Below are positions 63,956 to 64,000 of a stretch of DNA of 64,000 nucleotides, piece after piece. The notes below the pieces were generated by a model that was not told the origin of the DNA, made no database searches, and saw only the letters and a list, made by a program, of their open reading frames with translations. The DNA is from Marsupella aquatica (Eukaryota; Plantae; Marchantiophyta), in the NCBI GenBank assembly GCA_973895155.1, contig OZ316893.1:22417844-22481843 (forward strand), in the 5' to 3' direction. Both the position numbers and the translations under genes were made by a program. The number at the start of each line of letters is the position of its first letter. Position 1 is the first letter of the stretch.

Positions 63956-64000
63956 GTAGAAATGGCATAGATTTAATTTGGCCCAAACAATGTGAGAACT

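Overview
Eukaryotic nuclear DNA from a land plant. GT-AG introns, plant GatC, CAAX-protease, DEAD-box, cullin and F-box/kelch genes suggest a non-seed plant, probably a bryophyte; that assignment is inference. Roughly 1-33 kb is a nest of transposons: (i) a decayed Ty3/gypsy pol fragment; (ii) a Mutator-type element with a GCM-like/DDE/SWIM transposase, divergently paired with a multi-exon ParB/Srx-domain gene and carrying about a dozen copies of a 15-bp palindrome TAGCGCC(N)GGCGCTA found only in its introns and non-coding parts; (iii) a complete 14.6-kb P-element-like transposon with TIRs and an 8-bp TSD, plus a 978-bp deletion derivative; (iv) nested in it, a 4-kb TG..CA solo-LTR-like unit with a 5-bp TSD that carries an intact 878-aa ORF; (v) a second MITE family and a truncated Athila/Tat-like LTR-gag. 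The 30-41 kb region holds a decayed F-box/kelch gene apparently split by an inversion and two inverted cullin-1-like pseudogene copies. Tandem repeats and an orphan two-TM ORF follow at 43-47.6 kb. An ordinary gene block (CAAX protease, GatC, DDX10/DBP4-like helicase) fills 49-61 kb. The strongest candidate for a new system is the ParB-like gene + MULE transposase + dispersed parS-like palindrome module.
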